Assembly (NCBI GenBank): GCA_013375475.1
Contig: JABXKD010000044.1
Location: 1 to 30,871 of the forward strand
Length of the DNA: 30,871 bases
Reading direction: 5' to 3'
From: Promethearchaeota archaeon
Lineage (GTDB): Archaea > Asgardarchaeota > Lokiarchaeia > Sigyniarchaeales > SOKP01
This document shows, one piece after another, positions 28,901 through 30,871 of the stretch; the first letter of the stretch is position 1, and each line of letters opens with the position of its first letter. The translations under genes were made by a program, and so were the position numbers. The notes under the pieces are model-generated. The model did not search any database, had not been told where the DNA came from, and saw nothing but the letters and a program-made list of their open reading frames with translations.

Positions 28901-30366
28901 AAATTTATAGGTCTACCATCAACGGGATTACCATCAAGTGTCAATGTTGCAGTGAGATTTGCCATGTTTCCTCTATATCCCGATGTAAAGTTTGTATTTA
29001 ATGTTAGGGAATAATTAGCTAAACTTGGAGGATTTCCCCCGTAGTTATCGTAATAAACATCCATTTGTATCCACATACCATTTCCAACTGTATCTGTGGG
29101 AACATAAATCTCTGACCAGGTATACATATGCTTATATTTTATCGCAAAAGTGTTTTTCAACTCGGTTGTATCAAACATTTCTTGAATAGCAAAGCTGTTG
29201 AATCCGTTTACAAAACGGCTTGGTACTCCAAAAACACGAGCAAAAGCGCAAAAGGCAGAAGTAAAGTCTGCCCAATACCCAATGCCTTGCTCACAAAACC
29301 ATTCTACTTGATCGTATCCTTGCGGGGCCGGATTGTATTGGTTTGGGTCAGTAATTTTAGTGAAATTATATTGGAGATAATTCCTAATTTTATCGGCGAC
29401 TATAAAAGAATTGTCAGAGCTTGTTATAGTCTTATTTAATTCGTTTACATAATAAGCAAAGTCGTCGTTATTGTTAATATAAACATCTAGGGTATCACCT
29501 TTTAACTGTAAATACTTATTTTGGATAACAGGATCTGTATAAACTGGTTCTACAGCCATCGCGTCAATTTCAGTGCCAGTAGGTAAATCTAAACCAAATA
29601 ACTCATATTTCAGGCTAACATTTCCTTGAGTAGAAGGATCAAATTCGATATCCAATGTTGTGCAATTAAAATCGTCTTTATACAAAGATGGAGGTCCTGT
29701 CGTATAATTAGGTTCCGGTAAAATGCTCCCTTCCATAATGTGAGGGTTAGGAAATAATGAAGGAATAACCATTGAATTCATGCCCACGCTAGGCGTAAGT
29801 AGCATTTTTAAAGAAAGTAAATCTTTATCAGAATGAGAAATAAAATAATTCATGTAAGAGTAAAAATCAAAAATTTGTTTGGCAGCAGATGAATGCCATC
29901 CGTCGCCAGTGTATTCGTCAAAACTTTCGTATTTCCATAATTTTGTTTGCATTTCGTTAAAATCGTCATAGTCATATAATCTAAATACTTCAACCTCAGA
30001 ACCCATAAGACCTGCTAGAGCTTGAGAATAATTAGATAAATCTAAATCGTCAATGTCTCCGTCAAACATCTCTTGTAAAGCGTCTAATAGGTCACTCAGT
30101 TGGTCTAAGGTTAGATTTTGATCTGAAAACATATCTTGAAAGTCAGATAAATTATAAGGGAATGGAGGTAGTATTAATATAACATCCTCATCTTCAGCTT
30201 CAGACAACTGGTCACTCGGAGGGGGTCTTTGGTTGTCCCACAATAGGTTAAAGAAAACAGTTGAAAATGCAAAGGCAGCAGTTAATAAAACGGCTGTAAG
30301 GATGATTTTAATAACTCTTTTTTTGTTAATTGGGGTCGCTAATAAATCCTCACGAAATTCTGACAT
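25921..30366 (-). CDS. Large surface protein: N-terminal TM, transglutaminase-like domain with substituted catalytic residues, ~9 Ig-like domains
   Basis: GYWADFTSAFCAFARVFGVPSRFVNG ... MYTWSEIY ... GMWIQMD matches the TGase-like core. It is followed by ~1030 aa of beta-rich repeats with many NxS/T sequons. Confidence 0.85.
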   Translation of the reverse strand: MSEFREDLLATPINKKRVIKIILTAVLLTAAFAFSTVFFNLLWDNQRPPPSDQLSEAEDEDVILILPPFPYNLSDFQDMFSDQNLTLDQLSDLLDALQEMFDGDIDDLDLSNYSQALAGLMGSEVEVFRLYDYDDFNEMQTKLWKYESFDEYTGDGWHSSAAKQIFDFYSYMNYFISHSDKDLLSLKMLLTPSVGMNSMVIPSLFPNPHIMEGSILPEPNYTTGPPSLYKDDFNCTTLDIEFDPSTQGNVSLKYELFGLDLPTGTEIDAMAVEPVYTDPVIQNKYLQLKGDTLDVYINNNDDFAYYVNELNKTITSSDNSFIVADKIRNYLQYNFTKITDPNQYNPAPQGYDQVEWFCEQGIGYWADFTSAFCAFARVFGVPSRFVNGFNSFAIQEMFDTTELKNTFAIKYKHMYTWSEIYVPTDTVGNGMWIQMDVYYDNYGGNPPSLANYSLTLNTNFTSGYRGNMANLTATLTLDGNPVDGRPINFFDLTSTQSLGQISTNINGEASLLINIDDTQVVGPHYIFAQFNPNVNDTTLYTIYGDIEVNLQIINPQEVNISIDTMTNIQGYVYDPIANLNVGGATLEVILLQKGTNNRVGAPPFDMTYFNADPYGYFDIYINVDPSVSVGQYELRVDTNGSWYFFPYANGFVNDSSNRMDFNVSKGILKYVWFYINDVPSFIPDSPVVDRYTDLILKAKVVNETNYPIPNQNVQFFDYWSGIQIGANTTDVNGVARYKFTVNNLMATGPNLLYAKIGIEENHSYFILNEEPIINIFSGPSPREINRTAIGASNTFFNIEGELLDHTTGRPIRNSMVSLKLLRGGLDYSPYLIPTDTIWTDSNGYFNVWFEVASNTPTGNYTLRLDFNGTISRMGHPIYPAFFNLPYINTSSTFANELMVTTPTTLTFNFWIDDTPSDDYNQPVIYRNGYVNLSVYLEWGGIPVGDGEWVDFYDVTQDILIGSAQTINGYTSLMYYTDFSTVAGPHQVYARWGSNYNYSYFLYNANISVNLESGPTPNVVARSGAINRNFNLHGYVNDSTNGSPIKYTRIFVYMYDQSLIDYTGYLSLESGFLRLDESGEFDLTYSVISSTPEKKYTIIVTFDGWFMYSWPFILNNEYDFYLGGFSNFTSYDYGSLDLQVYDPENLTIYLAVEGNPTLPFFNNLNPPETYKFDETIHVQVQLDHPEEFGSRTVYIYDDYTNSLLDSYTFSSGSTGFVQFNLSTNDLHAGLLRFRVNYHTFSGFNTTYVVINETIGITMNVDRNVVQRNFHQFNVDGVLQQNGTHLDGLMIGLILWDFGIGDVSGYLNLNGPQFRTVYGGNYLYDNNGIFISCPQGDYYLDIVFTGNINDVGISLTNYMETVSRSIQINITAGTNINGNYDTKVVKDQFYEGDDLYVYGFLNWDNGTAMAGMEVNITIRDSIGNVLATATGSTDIAGFFNITLVVGSWPDNAEVWVTFYPEANFSTPYYYFVEFFEIQLYREP

Positions 30367-30554
30367 ATTTACTCTATTTAACCCTTAACTTTTCCATATT
30401 AAGTTTGCAATTATAATTAAAATTATACTATAAATAATTTTCCTAATAATTCAGATTGATATGAAATATTGAATAGAAATAAGTTAAATCGGCAAAAAAA
30501 TGATTTTGAAGCGTTATTAAAACATATTTAAAAAAGGTGAAAAATAAAAATAAT

Positions 30555-30871
30555 TTAAAATTCAAAACCACATTTTGTACAAATACTCTTCTTTGCATAT
30601 TGGGGTTTGGGGATGTAACTCAAAATTTTTGATTTATCCTCAACCTCTTTAATAGCAAATCCAGTAGCACCACAATTAGGGCAAATTCTCCTACCTGATC
30701 CAATTCCTCCTCCTATACTCGGAGCAGGTGCTGCTGTTGATGGAGAAGAAGTTGGTGAGGCACCAAAAGAGGGGGTACTCCCGATCGTTGCAGATTGGGA
30801 AGTTATCCCTTGAGCTAGGCTTGAGGGCATCACTGCTTTAGGTTCTTTTAGCTCCTGGATTCGTTTATCTT
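30555..30871 (-). CDS. C-terminal part of a protein ending in a Ser/Pro/Gly linker and a zinc ribbon; starts beyond the window
   Basis: The frame stays open past the annotated GTG (30833) to the window edge (..DKRIQELKEPKAV..). CPNC ... CTKC at the C-terminus. Confidence 0.75.
   Translation of the reverse strand, partial: DKRIQELKEPKAVMPSSLAQGITSQSATIGSTPSFGASPTSSPSTAAPAPSIGGGIGSGRRICPNCGATGFAIKEVEDKSKILSYIPKPQYAKKSICTKCGFEF

Noticed and set aside
905-29439. Remaining short ORFs in the track (e.g. 905..1213, 1962..2201, 3269..3556, 5435..5722, 10651..11055, 13380..13754, 19221..19526, 23711..23995, 29128..29439)
   Set aside because: They overlap well-supported genes in antisense or alternate frames and show no recognisable motifs.
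24311-30366. One frameshifted or split gene spanning the 1481-aa and 531-aa ORFs
   Set aside because: The downstream ORF has its own N-terminal hydrophobic segment and start codons, so two genuine genes is the simpler reading.
25921-30366. Pseudogene status for the TGase-like gene
   Set aside because: The 4.4-kb frame is uninterrupted and the fold motifs are retained; only the catalytic positions differ.
1-30871. CRISPR arrays, tRNA/rRNA genes, transposases or integrases
   Set aside because: No spaced direct repeats, GC-rich structured segments or recombinase motifs were seen by eye; intergenic gaps are short and AT-rich.

Overview
AT-rich, densely coding window that looks like an Asgard archaeon, most likely Lokiarchaeia. 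This is inferred from a gelsolin-domain protein, V4R/Bet3-like and longin-like proteins, archaeal lipoate and F420 genes, and oligo-T gene ends. Left arm (1-12.7 kb): a partial penicillin-acylase-family gene missed by the ORF track, a stand-alone ~7TM protein, a translationally coupled V4R/Bet3-like pair, an MBL hydrolase, a gelsolin+X-domain protein, thioredoxin, an orphan HdrC, a bacterial-type TPI, a putative longin-roadblock fusion, a C45 Ntn-hydrolase and a chimeric LeuRS (bacterial core, archaeal-type C-terminus). Middle (12.9-18.1 kb): a tight cofactor operon, lipS2-lpl-lipS1-cofE::nitroreductase-cofD. Right arm (18.1-30.4 kb, minus strand): a seven-gene MoxR AAA+/DUF58-vWA membrane and surface module. 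It is led by a 1481-aa transglutaminase-like protein with Ig-like repeats whose catalytic Cys and His positions carry Trp and Tyr. This pseudo-transglutaminase module is the best candidate for an undescribed system. No tRNA, rRNA, CRISPR array or mobile element was recognised. All family calls come from motif recognition by eye; no searches were run.
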